The notes under the pieces: generated by a model
What the model saw: the letters and a program-made list of their open reading frames with translations, nothing else
Databases searched by the model: none
What the model was told of the DNA's origin: nothing
Program-made: the position numbers and the translations under genes
Source of the DNA: Ferroglobus placidus DSM 10642
Lineage (GTDB): Archaea > Halobacteriota > Archaeoglobi > Archaeoglobales > Archaeoglobaceae
Reading direction: 5' to 3'
Length of the DNA: 32,000 nt
Assembly: GCF_000025505.1 (NCBI RefSeq)
Contig: NC_013849.1
Coordinates: 600,001-632,000, forward strand
Part shown: piece after piece, positions 1-7,640 of the stretch
Position numbering within the stretch: position 1 is the first letter of the stretch
Layout of the letters: each line of letters begins with the position of its first letter

Positions 1-183
1 TCCCGGAGTAACGTTGAAAGAGTAACTTCCGTCCTTGCTCAAAATCTTCTGCTCCGGAGTTGTGTTTATTTCTACAATAACGTTCGAAAGAGGCTCGAAA
101 TTTTCCCAGGAGTAGACTTTACCCTCTATGATCGCAGCTGAGGACAATTTTATTAAAAGTAGAAATAGCAAACTAAATTTCAA
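1..183 (-). CDS. Partial secreted/membrane protein with signal peptide and carboxypeptidase-regulatory-like (Ig-like) domain start
   Basis: Hand translation from a TTG start at 183: (M)KFSLLFLLLIKLSSAAIIEGKVYSWENFEPLSNVIVEINTTPEQKILSKDGSYSFNVTPG..., open to the window edge. It overlaps the upstream MBL gene by 11 nt. Not in the supplied ORF track. Confidence 0.6.
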   Translation of the reverse strand, partial: MKFSLLFLLLIKLSSAAIIEGKVYSWENFEPLSNVIVEINTTPEQKILSKDGSYSFNVTPG

Positions 184-862
184 AGCTTTCGAGATCGTCT
201 GGAAAGCTCGCATCGACACCATGTTTCTCAACGAACTCTTTTATTTTACTTCTATTTTCGTAAGCTTCCGGATACATGTGAACGAAGTAAGCTTTTTTTA
301 CTCTCGCATTCTCCACGAAGTTTTCTGGAGTCGTGTGGTCTACAGCTTTATATCCGAAGTTCAGAGACATTTCGTGAATCGCTATTTCTACATCTTCGTA
401 GAGTTCGGGAAAGCTTCTAGTGTCTCCGCTTATCAGCAAATTCTCTATTTTGTAGGCGTAGTTGATTATCGCGTGCTTTCCTTCTCTCACTTCGAACTTC
501 ATCGAGCCGAATTTTGGCTTATCCTTCGTTACAACCTTCACTTTTGTTCTCAAATAAGGGTACGCTTCTAAAACAGCTTCGAGATTTTCTTTCGCAAATG
601 GAGCAAAAAGATCGATTTTTTCGTCGCTCTCAAGCCACCTCGCTTTCAAAATCCCTATGAGTTCTCCGCAGTGATCTGTGTGAAAGTGGGTGATTAGTAT
701 TGCGTCCAAATCCGAGGGAGAGTAGCCAGCCTCCTCCAGCCTGAGCATGCATCCGAATCCGCAATCGACGAGAATGAGCTTGTCGTCTTCGATGAGCAAG
801 CTGCTCTGGGCTTTTTTAGCGAGAGGTACAGCTACGCCAGTGCCAAGAAATGTGACCTTCAT
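173..862 (-). CDS. MBL-fold metallo-hydrolase, RNase Z-like
   Basis: GTGVAVP N-terminus and HFHTDHCG metal motif. ATGA overlap with the upstream cca. Confidence 0.85.
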   Translation of the reverse strand: MKVTFLGTGVAVPLAKKAQSSLLIEDDKLILVDCGFGCMLRLEEAGYSPSDLDAILITHFHTDHCGELIGILKARWLESDEKIDLFAPFAKENLEAVLEAYPYLRTKVKVVTKDKPKFGSMKFEVREGKHAIINYAYKIENLLISGDTRSFPELYEDVEIAIHEMSLNFGYKAVDHTTPENFVENARVKKAYFVHMYPEAYENRSKIKEFVEKHGVDASFPDDLESFEI

Positions 863-2175
863 GCTTTAAGCTTTAGGAATTCCCATATAAATTCTTTCGT
901 TTCCGGTGATGGAGTTATCACTCTTTTCACGACTCCGCTTCTTATTTTCTCCCCCACGTCAGCTCCCAGAGATTTCCAGTGATTCCTTATGCAATCTCTA
1001 ATAGCTTCGTCAGCTTGAGTGTATTTTCTCCTAACGTAAGTTACGTACTTTCCATCCTCGAAAAAGTGCTTGTATTCTCTCTCTTTCTTTATAAACCTCA
1101 TAGCATGCTCGTAAACCTCGAAGGGTGGTCCGAAGTGCTTTTTAATTTTACCAAGCCTTTCAAAGGCTGTCTCTACGTAAATTAAGCAAGTGTCGTCTTT
1201 CACGAAGTGCCCGGTTTTTATTACTTCAAAATCGTTGTTTTCCAAAAACTCGGAAATTTTTCTGCAAGCTCTTTCAAGCTGAGGATATAGGTTGTCTTCA
1301 ACGATTGCCGGCTTTTCAAAGCTTATCTCGTAAACAAATCTACTTTCAAGCTCTTTTTCGAGCTTTTCATCGTTTATCTTCTCTCTTTCTGGATAAAAGA
1401 ACTCTTTGGATGGATTTTCTATGAAGAGTCTGCACTTCTCGACGAATTTAGCCAGGTTGTCAACGCTTAAATTTGCTGCCACGTTTCTCTTCTCGTCAAC
1501 CGGATCGACGACGAAGATGTTCTTCAATCCCTTTTTTCTGTAAACTTTTCCCTTCGCAACGTCTATCACCAAATCCCTTCTCCATTTTGCAGCTTCTTTA
1601 ACGAGGTTTTCGAAGCTTCCGTAGAAAACTACGAGCAGCTCGCAGAGGTAGCCGGAGAAGCCTCTCACTTTGTACTCGGCTCCGTATAAATTCGAAGCTT
1701 TCAGGAACCTTTTCAAAAGCCTGACGTCGTTTTCTTTTCCTTTTATCCTATCTTTGAGCCACTCGTGGTGAAAAGGAGTCCTGTCAACTGCACTTTTAAT
1801 TTTCTCGGCGCTTCTCAGCTTGTAGCATGGAACGACGTCTGCTTCAACTCCTAAAACTTTACCGTGAACGTAAGGATGTGCAGCGTATCTCAACTCAAAC
1901 TCGTCGAGAACGCTCTTTCCGATTTCAAGCCCGATTCTTTCAAGTTCCTCTTCAGTGTAGCTTTCGGGAAAGAGAACGAAAACGTCTATCTCCAAACTTT
2001 CCGGCAGCCACGTGTCTCTTGCAAAGCTTCCGAGAAATCTGAACTCCAAATCGGGATAATTTTTGAGCTTCTCTTTCAGCCTTTTCTCAAGTTCCTCAGC
2101 CGCTTTTTCGGCTTTTCTCCTCAACTCCTCGCTCGGAACGACATCTTTTAAAACTTCTTCAAGAACTTCCCTCAT
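859..2175 (-). CDS. cca: CCA-adding tRNA nucleotidyltransferase (archaeal class I)
   Basis: FRFLGSFARDTWLPESLEIDVFVLFP nucleotidyltransferase motif (LGS.ARDT..P...DIDVF), archaeal CCA-adding architecture, 438 aa. Confidence 0.93.
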   Translation of the reverse strand: MREVLEEVLKDVVPSEELRRKAEKAAEELEKRLKEKLKNYPDLEFRFLGSFARDTWLPESLEIDVFVLFPESYTEEELERIGLEIGKSVLDEFELRYAAHPYVHGKVLGVEADVVPCYKLRSAEKIKSAVDRTPFHHEWLKDRIKGKENDVRLLKRFLKASNLYGAEYKVRGFSGYLCELLVVFYGSFENLVKEAAKWRRDLVIDVAKGKVYRKKGLKNIFVVDPVDEKRNVAANLSVDNLAKFVEKCRLFIENPSKEFFYPEREKINDEKLEKELESRFVYEISFEKPAIVEDNLYPQLERACRKISEFLENNDFEVIKTGHFVKDDTCLIYVETAFERLGKIKKHFGPPFEVYEHAMRFIKKEREYKHFFEDGKYVTYVRRKYTQADEAIRDCIRNHWKSLGADVGEKIRSGVVKRVITPSPETKEFIWEFLKLKA

Positions 2176-2711
2176 TTCACCACACCGTAAACTTCCAAAT
2201 CCTCGTAGATAGGTCCCTTGCTCGTTAACGTGCTTTTCTTCAGCCTGAAATCTTTAACCTCCATCCATCCGAAGTCGTCTTCGAGGTCTCTCAGAATTTC
2301 CACAATTCTTCTTCCCTCCGGCTTTTTTACTCTCGCTATCGTAACGTGAGCCGTGAAGCTTTCGGGCTTAAAGCCCACTTTTTTCAAAGCGGAATTGATG
2401 CTTTCAGCCAATTTTTTAAGTTCTTCTTCCCCCTCCTTAACCCCTATCCACGCAACTCTCGCGTACCTATCGTTGGGAAAAAACCCGAAACCTTTGAGGT
2501 AGATCTTGAACGGCTCGAATTCGACTTTTTTCAAAGCCTCCACAATAGCTGGCAACCTTTCTTCTCTAACTTCGCCGAGAAACTTTAGCGTGATGTGCAA
2601 ATTTTCCCTCTCAACAGCTTTAACACCGTTCAACTCCGAAATAGTTTTCAGGATAGGAGCTATTTTTTCTCTTAGCTCTTCGCTTAGGTCGACAGCTATA
2701 AAGAGCCTCAT
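2172..2711 (-). CDS. thpR: RNA 2',3'-cyclic phosphodiesterase (LigT/ThpR family)
   Basis: Two HxTx motifs: NLHITLKFLG and FTAHVTIARVK. ATGA overlap with cca. Confidence 0.93.
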   Translation of the reverse strand: MRLFIAVDLSEELREKIAPILKTISELNGVKAVERENLHITLKFLGEVREERLPAIVEALKKVEFEPFKIYLKGFGFFPNDRYARVAWIGVKEGEEELKKLAESINSALKKVGFKPESFTAHVTIARVKKPEGRRIVEILRDLEDDFGWMEVKDFRLKKSTLTSKGPIYEDLEVYGVVK

Positions 2712-2755
2712 GATAGCAAAGGTTATTAATAGGCTTAAATTACTTATCCATTACG

Positions 2756-3814
2756 ATGGAAAAGGAAAAGAAAGGCGAAGTGAAATACTTGATACTCAAA
2801 CCCCTTGGATACCCTTTAAAGGCGAGCTATCACGAGTATCCGGTAGTGGACAATCCCAAGGTTTTCGACAGGTACGCTAAAGATCAGTGGAAGGGAGAGT
2901 TCGTTTCAAAAGGAAAGATGCTCTTCGATTACCGTCTTTTCCCGGATTTCGCCTTCGAAGTTAAGAGCTGCGAACCGGAGAGCGGGTACATAGGCGAGAA
3001 TACGATCATAGTTGTCGAGAACTATTCGAGGGACATCGTGACGGAGATCGTGAAGGACGTTAAGCTTGATGACGTAGTTGGACAAGAGGAGGCGAAGAGG
3101 AAGGCAAGGATAATTCTCGAATACCTCAAAAATCCGGAGAAGTTCGGAAAGTGGGCTCCTAAGAATGTCCTCTTCTACGGTCCACCGGGAACGGGCAAGA
3201 CTATGATGGCTAAGGCTTTGGCAAACGAGGCTAAAGTGCCTTTCCTCTCCGTTAAATCTACGAGGCTAATAGGAGAGCACGTAGGTGAGGGGGCGAGAAA
3301 AATCCACGAACTTTACGAGAGGGCAAAGCAAATAGCTCCGTGCATAGTTTTCCTTGACGAGTTCGACAGCATAGCCTTGGACAGAAGCTATCAGGATTTG
3401 AGGGGTGACGTGAGCGAGATAGTGAACGCTCTCCTTACTGAATTGGACGGGATCGAAAGGAGGGAAGGGATTTGCACGATAGCTGCGACGAACAGAATAG
3501 AGTTTCTCGATCCGTCGATAAGGAGCAGATTCGAAGAGGAGATCGAATTCACGCTTCCGGGAATCGAGGAGAGAAGGGAGATTTTTGAAAGAAACCTTAG
3601 GGACTTCCCGTTGAAGGTTGAGGTAAATTTGGATGAGGTAGCCAAGGCAACTGAAGGCTTGTCCGGAAGAGATTTGGTGGAGAAAGTCATAAAGAGCTCC
3701 CTCCACAGGGCGATAATTGAAGGAAGGGAGGTCGTTACGACGAAAGACATGCTCGATGCCATCTCGAAACTCAAAAAGCCAGTGAAGCAACCTCCGAAGC
3801 AGATGTTCCTTTAA
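2756..3814 (+). CDS. AAA+ ATPase, possibly AMA type (AAA of methanogens and Archaeoglobus)
   Basis: Walker A GPPGTGKT, Walker B CIVFLDEFD, sensor 1 AATN, SRF arginine-finger region, single AAA domain with a short N-terminal domain. Confidence 0.85.
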   Translation: MEKEKKGEVKYLILKPLGYPLKASYHEYPVVDNPKVFDRYAKDQWKGEFVSKGKMLFDYRLFPDFAFEVKSCEPESGYIGENTIIVVENYSRDIVTEIVKDVKLDDVVGQEEAKRKARIILEYLKNPEKFGKWAPKNVLFYGPPGTGKTMMAKALANEAKVPFLSVKSTRLIGEHVGEGARKIHELYERAKQIAPCIVFLDEFDSIALDRSYQDLRGDVSEIVNALLTELDGIERREGICTIAATNRIEFLDPSIRSRFEEEIEFTLPGIEERREIFERNLRDFPLKVEVNLDEVAKATEGLSGRDLVEKVIKSSLHRAIIEGREVVTTKDMLDAISKLKKPVKQPPKQMFL

Positions 3815-3858
3815 TTTTCTTACCGAAGTTCTTCGGAGAAATCTAATTATTTATCGTT

Positions 3859-4419
3859 TTGCTAACTTCTCTTATGGAGGAAGATCTGGATTGGGTAGAG
3901 AAGATTGAGGAAAAAGTTGAGGAGTTTCCAGCAACCGAAGTGATGATGGACGAGCACAGAGTTATAGAAAGAGCTCTAAGCGTTTTGAAAAAAGCGGTAG
4001 ATGAAAGGATCGAAGACGAAGAGCTGTATTTATCTCTTGCGGAGTTCTTCTCGAAGTACACTGGAGAGATACACCACGGGAAAGAGGAAGAGATAGTTTT
4101 TAAAGTGTTAAAAGAAAAAGCTCCCAAGCACATAATAGACATGATAAACGCTCTTGAAGAGGATCACAGAGTTGGAGCTGAGCTTGTGGGGAAAATTAGA
4201 GAAAATGCGGCAAATTTCGAAAAGCTGAGGGATTTTGCGTTAGCTTACTATTCCATGCTTAGAGACCACATCGTGAAGGAAGATCAGGGATTATTTCCGG
4301 CTATGCACCCGTATTTGAGCGTTGAAGAGGAAGAAAAACTCCTGAAAGAATTCGAGAGAATCGATAAGGAAAAGGAGAAGTACGAGAAACTCGTGGCTGA
4401 GCTGGAGGAGAAAGTATGA
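3859..4419 (+). CDS. Hemerythrin domain-containing protein
   Basis: Hemerythrin-type ligands: DEHRVIERA, HHGKEEE, DHRVG, MLRDHIVKEDQGLFP. Confidence 0.9.
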   Translation: MLTSLMEEDLDWVEKIEEKVEEFPATEVMMDEHRVIERALSVLKKAVDERIEDEELYLSLAEFFSKYTGEIHHGKEEEIVFKVLKEKAPKHIIDMINALEEDHRVGAELVGKIRENAANFEKLRDFALAYYSMLRDHIVKEDQGLFPAMHPYLSVEEEEKLLKEFERIDKEKEKYEKLVAELEEKV

Positions 4420-4670
4420 AGCTCAAATTTTTCGGAGAGCTTGGGATGAAGGTAGGAAGAGAAGCGGAGGTGAAAATAAACGGGGCTTTAAGCTTTCGTG
4501 AACTTATAAAAAAGCTAAAAGAAGAATTCCCTGAAGCTAAGGAGGAATTCGAAGCTGTAGATCTCTACATAATCTCAGTAAACGGGAGAATTATCAGCAA
4601 GGAGGAGCTGGAGAGGATGAAGTTTTCCGACAGAGATGAGTTAATCTTCATGTTCTGGGCTGCCCTTTAA
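4416..4670 (+). CDS. MoaD/ThiS-like beta-grasp protein lacking a C-terminal diglycine
   Basis: MKLKFFGELGMKVGREAEVKI...LKEEFPE...VNGRII...DRDELIFMFWAAL; MoaD-like fold pattern, ATGA overlap with the hemerythrin gene. Confidence 0.75.
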   Translation: MKLKFFGELGMKVGREAEVKINGALSFRELIKKLKEEFPEAKEEFEAVDLYIISVNGRIISKEELERMKFSDRDELIFMFWAAL

Positions 4671-5084
4671 CTTTTTGTGTCTGTAAGCTTTCCCCCCTTG
4701 TATGTGGTAAACTTCAAATCCGAGGGATTCGAGGTATTCGCTTATGTATTTCCTATGGCATCTCATGTAGAATCTTTCGGCACACATTATCGCCACCTTC
4801 CTGTCTTTAAGCTTGAGAAGCTCTTCAACTCCCCTTTTGAAGTCCTCGCTTTCCATGTACTTTACGTAATCCCCTCTAAACCCACCAAGATATTCCCCGA
4901 GCCAAACGTAGTTGATTCCCTCCTTTTTCAGAAACTCCTCGAGGTTTTCCCTTTTGAAGTGCTCGTGTTTCGAGGTTGGAAACCTCCTGACGTCTGCAAC
5001 TACTTTTATTCCAAACTTTTTCAGTTGCTCGACGAATTTTTCTATGCTCAAATTTGAGTGCCCGATCGTGTAGAACACGTCCAA
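4641..5084 (-). CDS. DUF488 domain-containing protein
   Basis: TIGHSN...VVADVRRFPTS...YVWLGEYLGG...IMCAE....CHRKYIS, characteristic of the DUF488 family. Convergent 30-nt overlap with the MoaD-like gene. Confidence 0.92.
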   Translation of the reverse strand: MDVFYTIGHSNLSIEKFVEQLKKFGIKVVADVRRFPTSKHEHFKRENLEEFLKKEGINYVWLGEYLGGFRGDYVKYMESEDFKRGVEELLKLKDRKVAIMCAERFYMRCHRKYISEYLESLGFEVYHIQGGKAYRHKKLKGSPEHED

Positions 5085-5127
5085 GTTATCGCGAACTCTA
5101 AATATAGATTGCTACCACGAATTACCA

Positions 5128-5600
5128 TGGAGAGAATTTTCGCCCCTTGGAGGATAAGGTACATTGAAGCTCCGAAGTATGAAGGATGTATATTCTGCGA
5201 CTTTCCGAAGGAGAACAGAGACGAGGAGAGGCTTATTTTGTACAGAGGAAAGAGCTGCTTCGTCATAATGAACAACTACCCCTACAATCCCGGGCACGTT
5301 ATGGTAGCTCCCTACAGGCACGTAGCAAGTATTGAAGAGCTAAACGATGATGAAGCTTTGGAGATGATGAAGCTCTCTCAAAAAATGGTCGAGGTAATTA
5401 AAAAGGCTATGAATCCCGACGGCTTCAACCTCGGGATAAATTTGGGCAGAGTTGCTGGAGCGGGAATAGAGGATCACGTTCACCTCCACATCGTGCCGAG
5501 GTGGAACGGAGACACGAACTTCATGCCCGTGCTGGCTGACGTTAAAGTTATTCCCGAGGCGATCGAGGAAAGCTACAAGAAGCTGAAAAAATACCTGTGA
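5128..5600 (+). CDS. HIT-family hydrolase
   Basis: MERIFAPWRIRYIEAPKYEGCIFC start and HVHLHIVPRW histidine triad. Start trimmed from the track's 5058 to ATG 5128. Confidence 0.93.
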
Positions 5601-5620
5601 GCATACACGTTTAAAAATTT

Positions 5621-5968
5621 TCAACTAAAGTCGATAATCTTCTCGAAGTAAATATAAAAGCTATCTCTTCCAACAACCGAAAAGCCGAGATGAGAGTATG
5701 TGATTATAGCCCTTCTGTTCGTAGCTTCCGTTACGGCAACGAGCTTCTTAATTCCCATCTCTTTCAAAAATTTCTCAGCAAATTCGATGAGCTTCTTGCC
5801 TATCCCTCTATCCTCGTAATTTCTGTGGATAAAAACGACGAATTCAGCTTCGCTGTTTTTTGGAACGACCGCTATATGCCCTATAATCTCCTCTCCTTTC
5901 TTTGATATAAACCCGTATCCTTTTTCATTCAATTCCTCGAGCCATTTTTCTATAGCCTCTCTCTTCAT
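5621..5968 (-). CDS. GNAT-family N-acetyltransferase (track ORF; gene probably extends to about 6101, see findings)
   Basis: ENRGIGKKLIEFAEKFLKEMGIKKLVAVTEATNRRAIITYSHLGF acetyl-CoA binding motif. In-frame homologous-looking sequence (LVRFYESFDQERRCCGLPP) continues upstream of the annotated Met. Confidence 0.85.
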   Translation of the reverse strand: MKREAIEKWLEELNEKGYGFISKKGEEIIGHIAVVPKNSEAEFVVFIHRNYEDRGIGKKLIEFAEKFLKEMGIKKLVAVTEATNRRAIITYSHLGFSVVGRDSFYIYFEKIIDFS

Positions 5969-6082
5969 CGGCGGAAGCCCGCAGCACCTTCTCTCCTGAT
6001 CAAAACTCTCGTAAAACCTTACGAGGTTTCCTTTTTCTTCTGGAGTGTAGCTCGTGACGAAGATAATTTCTCCGGCTTTGTC

Positions 6083-6120
6083 AAAAAAACTCGGAAAACA
6101 TAGTAGTTACGAATTCAGTT
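6083..6120 (+). repeat. 38-nt direct repeat, copy A, left of the toxin/antitoxin island
   Basis: aaaaaaactcggaaaacatagtagttacgaattcagtt matches 7035..7072 at 34 of 38 positions. Confidence 0.9.
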
Positions 6121-6151
6121 CGCTATGTTAAAAAATTTATGGTAACAAGCG
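6121..6151 (+). repeat. Imperfect palindrome (left-end hairpin candidate)
   Basis: cgct(a)tgtta - aaaaatttatgg - taacaagcg: 9 bp stem with one bulge, starting directly at the repeat A boundary. Confidence 0.65.
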
Positions 6152-6283
6152 ACAAGGTTGGGATGTATCGGCTACCTATTCTACGACTGGAGAAGGGAGA
6201 AGCGATAGTGTCTAAAGAAATTGAAGGAACGGTTAAGAATGTTCTCAAGAAGATTTATAAACGTTAGAATTCTGAATTAGACT

Positions 6284-6526
6284 ATGCCCGGAACTATAAC
6301 GATTGAGCTTCCGGAAGAAATACATGCTCTAATCGAATCCGATCCGTTCTTGAGAATGGTAGTGGAGAGAATCGTTAGAGAAGAAGTTGTGAACTACATC
6401 CTATCCGTTTTAGCCATGGATAAACTTACGGAGAACTCCAAGCTGACGGAGGAGGATATAATGAAGATAGACGAGGAAATCAAAAGAGGAATTAGGAGAC
6501 GGGTTGAAGATGAAATTAATCGTTGA
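6284..6526 (+). CDS. Putative VapB-like antitoxin
   Basis: 80-aa acidic/basic protein starting MPGTITIELPEEIHALIESDP, overlapping the start of a PIN-domain gene. Confidence 0.7.
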   Translation: MPGTITIELPEEIHALIESDPFLRMVVERIVREEVVNYILSVLAMDKLTENSKLTEEDIMKIDEEIKRGIRRRVEDEINR

Positions 6527-6998
6527 TACTAACAAGATTGTCGCATGTCTGCTTAAAGATGGAAAGATTAGAAGGATACTGTTTCTGCCATTCTTGGAAC
6601 TTTACACCGTTCAATACGCTTTTGAAGAGATAGAAAAACATAAGGATGTTCTCTTGACTAAAGTTTCGAAGTCGGCTTTCGATTTAATCCTATTCAAAGC
6701 TAAGTTAAAAGTGAAATCCGTTGGGTTTTCTTCTAAGGATGAAAAATACATTCAAACGGCTAAGAAAATGGCAAATGAATTCGATCCTGACGATTTCCCG
6801 TTCATCGCTTTAGCCTTAAAGCTCAATGCCCCTATCTGGACTAACGACAAAAAGTTGATCGTACATGGGTTAAAATCGGGAACGTATTTAGCGGTGGATA
6901 CCGATGCGGTTGAAAAGTTAATCCGAGGTAAAAGTTTGGAGGAAGTCAGACAGGAATTGAGCAAAAGATACTTGAGTTCGTCATGGCGAACCCCTTAG
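6510..6998 (+). CDS. PIN-domain toxin (VapC-like)
   Basis: MKLIVDTNKIVACLL with later DPDDFPFIALALKLNAPIWTNDKKL acidic PIN residues. Start chosen at the second Met (6510). Confidence 0.85.
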   Translation: MKLIVDTNKIVACLLKDGKIRRILFLPFLELYTVQYAFEEIEKHKDVLLTKVSKSAFDLILFKAKLKVKSVGFSSKDEKYIQTAKKMANEFDPDDFPFIALALKLNAPIWTNDKKLIVHGLKSGTYLAVDTDAVEKLIRGKSLEEVRQELSKRYLSSSWRTP

Positions 6999-7034
6999 TA
7001 AGAAATCCTCGCACTTTAGTGCGGGGAGGATGTA
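6987..7034 (+). repeat. IS200/IS605-type right-end sequence with terminal hairpin
   Basis: cgaaccccttagtaagaaatCCTCGCAC-TTTA-GTGCGGGGaggatgt; 9-bp stem (7006..7014 with 7019..7027, one G-T pair) and TTTA loop, matching the well-known right-end form gaagccc..gccctttagggcggggaggatgtc. Confidence 0.75.
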
Positions 7035-7072
7035 AAAAAAACTCGGAGAACGTAGCAGTTATGAATTCAGTT
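7035..7072 (+). repeat. 38-nt direct repeat, copy B, overlapping the trmY 3' end
   Basis: aaaaaaactcggagaacgtagcagttatgaattcagtt; 34 of 38 identical to 6083..6120, and all four differences are transitions. Confidence 0.9.
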
Positions 7073-7640
7073 GCTTTCTATCAAGTTCGTAGTGAACAAT
7101 CGTTATGCAATGCTCAGCCATGAGGCTTTTCGTTGGAATTCCAATTATCTTTTTCGCTTTTCTTAATACAATCTCCTCCAATTCTTCTGGAACTCCCTCA
7201 TGGTCTCCGAGAACGAAAAGAGCGTTATTATCTTTAAGCTTTCTGATGTCTTCTCCATCCTCCCTGAGGTAGTAAACGTCCGAAGCGACTTCGTCGAGCA
7301 ACTCTTCAAGCCCCTTTTTAGCCACGTAAATTCCGGGAGTGCTCTTCTTCCAATTCTTATCAGCTTTTATTTCGAGAGCCTTTCTTATCAATCCGGCAAT
7401 TCCCCTCTCGTCTGGGGGCATGTACTTAACTTCCTTCCCAACGATTTTCAAAACCTTCGGCGGATCTGGAGGACCGAGCAAAAGCAAGTAAACGTTAACG
7501 TCTCTCCTTATGTCGTGGGATAGGAAGAAAGCTGAGGATACGCATCTGCAAAGTATGTCTATTCTACCAGCTCCCGGCAAATCGTTAAGGCTGAATTTCT
7601 CAGTTCTCGCCTTGCTTCCTATTATAAGGAATTCCCTCAT
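7059..7640 (-). CDS. trmY: tRNA (pseudouridine(54)-N(1))-methyltransferase TrmY
   Basis: MREFLIIGSKARTEKFSLNDLPGAGRIDILCRCVSSAFFLSHDIRRDV...LGDHEG SPOUT family signature. Start trimmed to the Met at 7640, overlapping the next gene. Confidence 0.9.
   Translation of the reverse strand: MREFLIIGSKARTEKFSLNDLPGAGRIDILCRCVSSAFFLSHDIRRDVNVYLLLLGPPDPPKVLKIVGKEVKYMPPDERGIAGLIRKALEIKADKNWKKSTPGIYVAKKGLEELLDEVASDVYYLREDGEDIRKLKDNNALFVLGDHEGVPEELEEIVLRKAKKIIGIPTKSLMAEHCITIVHYELDRKQLNS

Larger units (their letters stand above)
6121..7034 (+). mobile_element. Putative non-autonomous IS200/IS605-derived element carrying a PIN-type toxin/antitoxin pair
   Basis: Left hairpin 6121..6151, IS605-type right-end hairpin 7006..7027 followed by aggatgt, flanked by the 38-nt direct repeats. 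No tnpA/tnpB. Confidence 0.5.

Noticed and set aside
128-571. 147-aa plus-strand ORF at the left edge
   Set aside because: Antisense to the MBL protein with HFHTDHCG, composition atypical.
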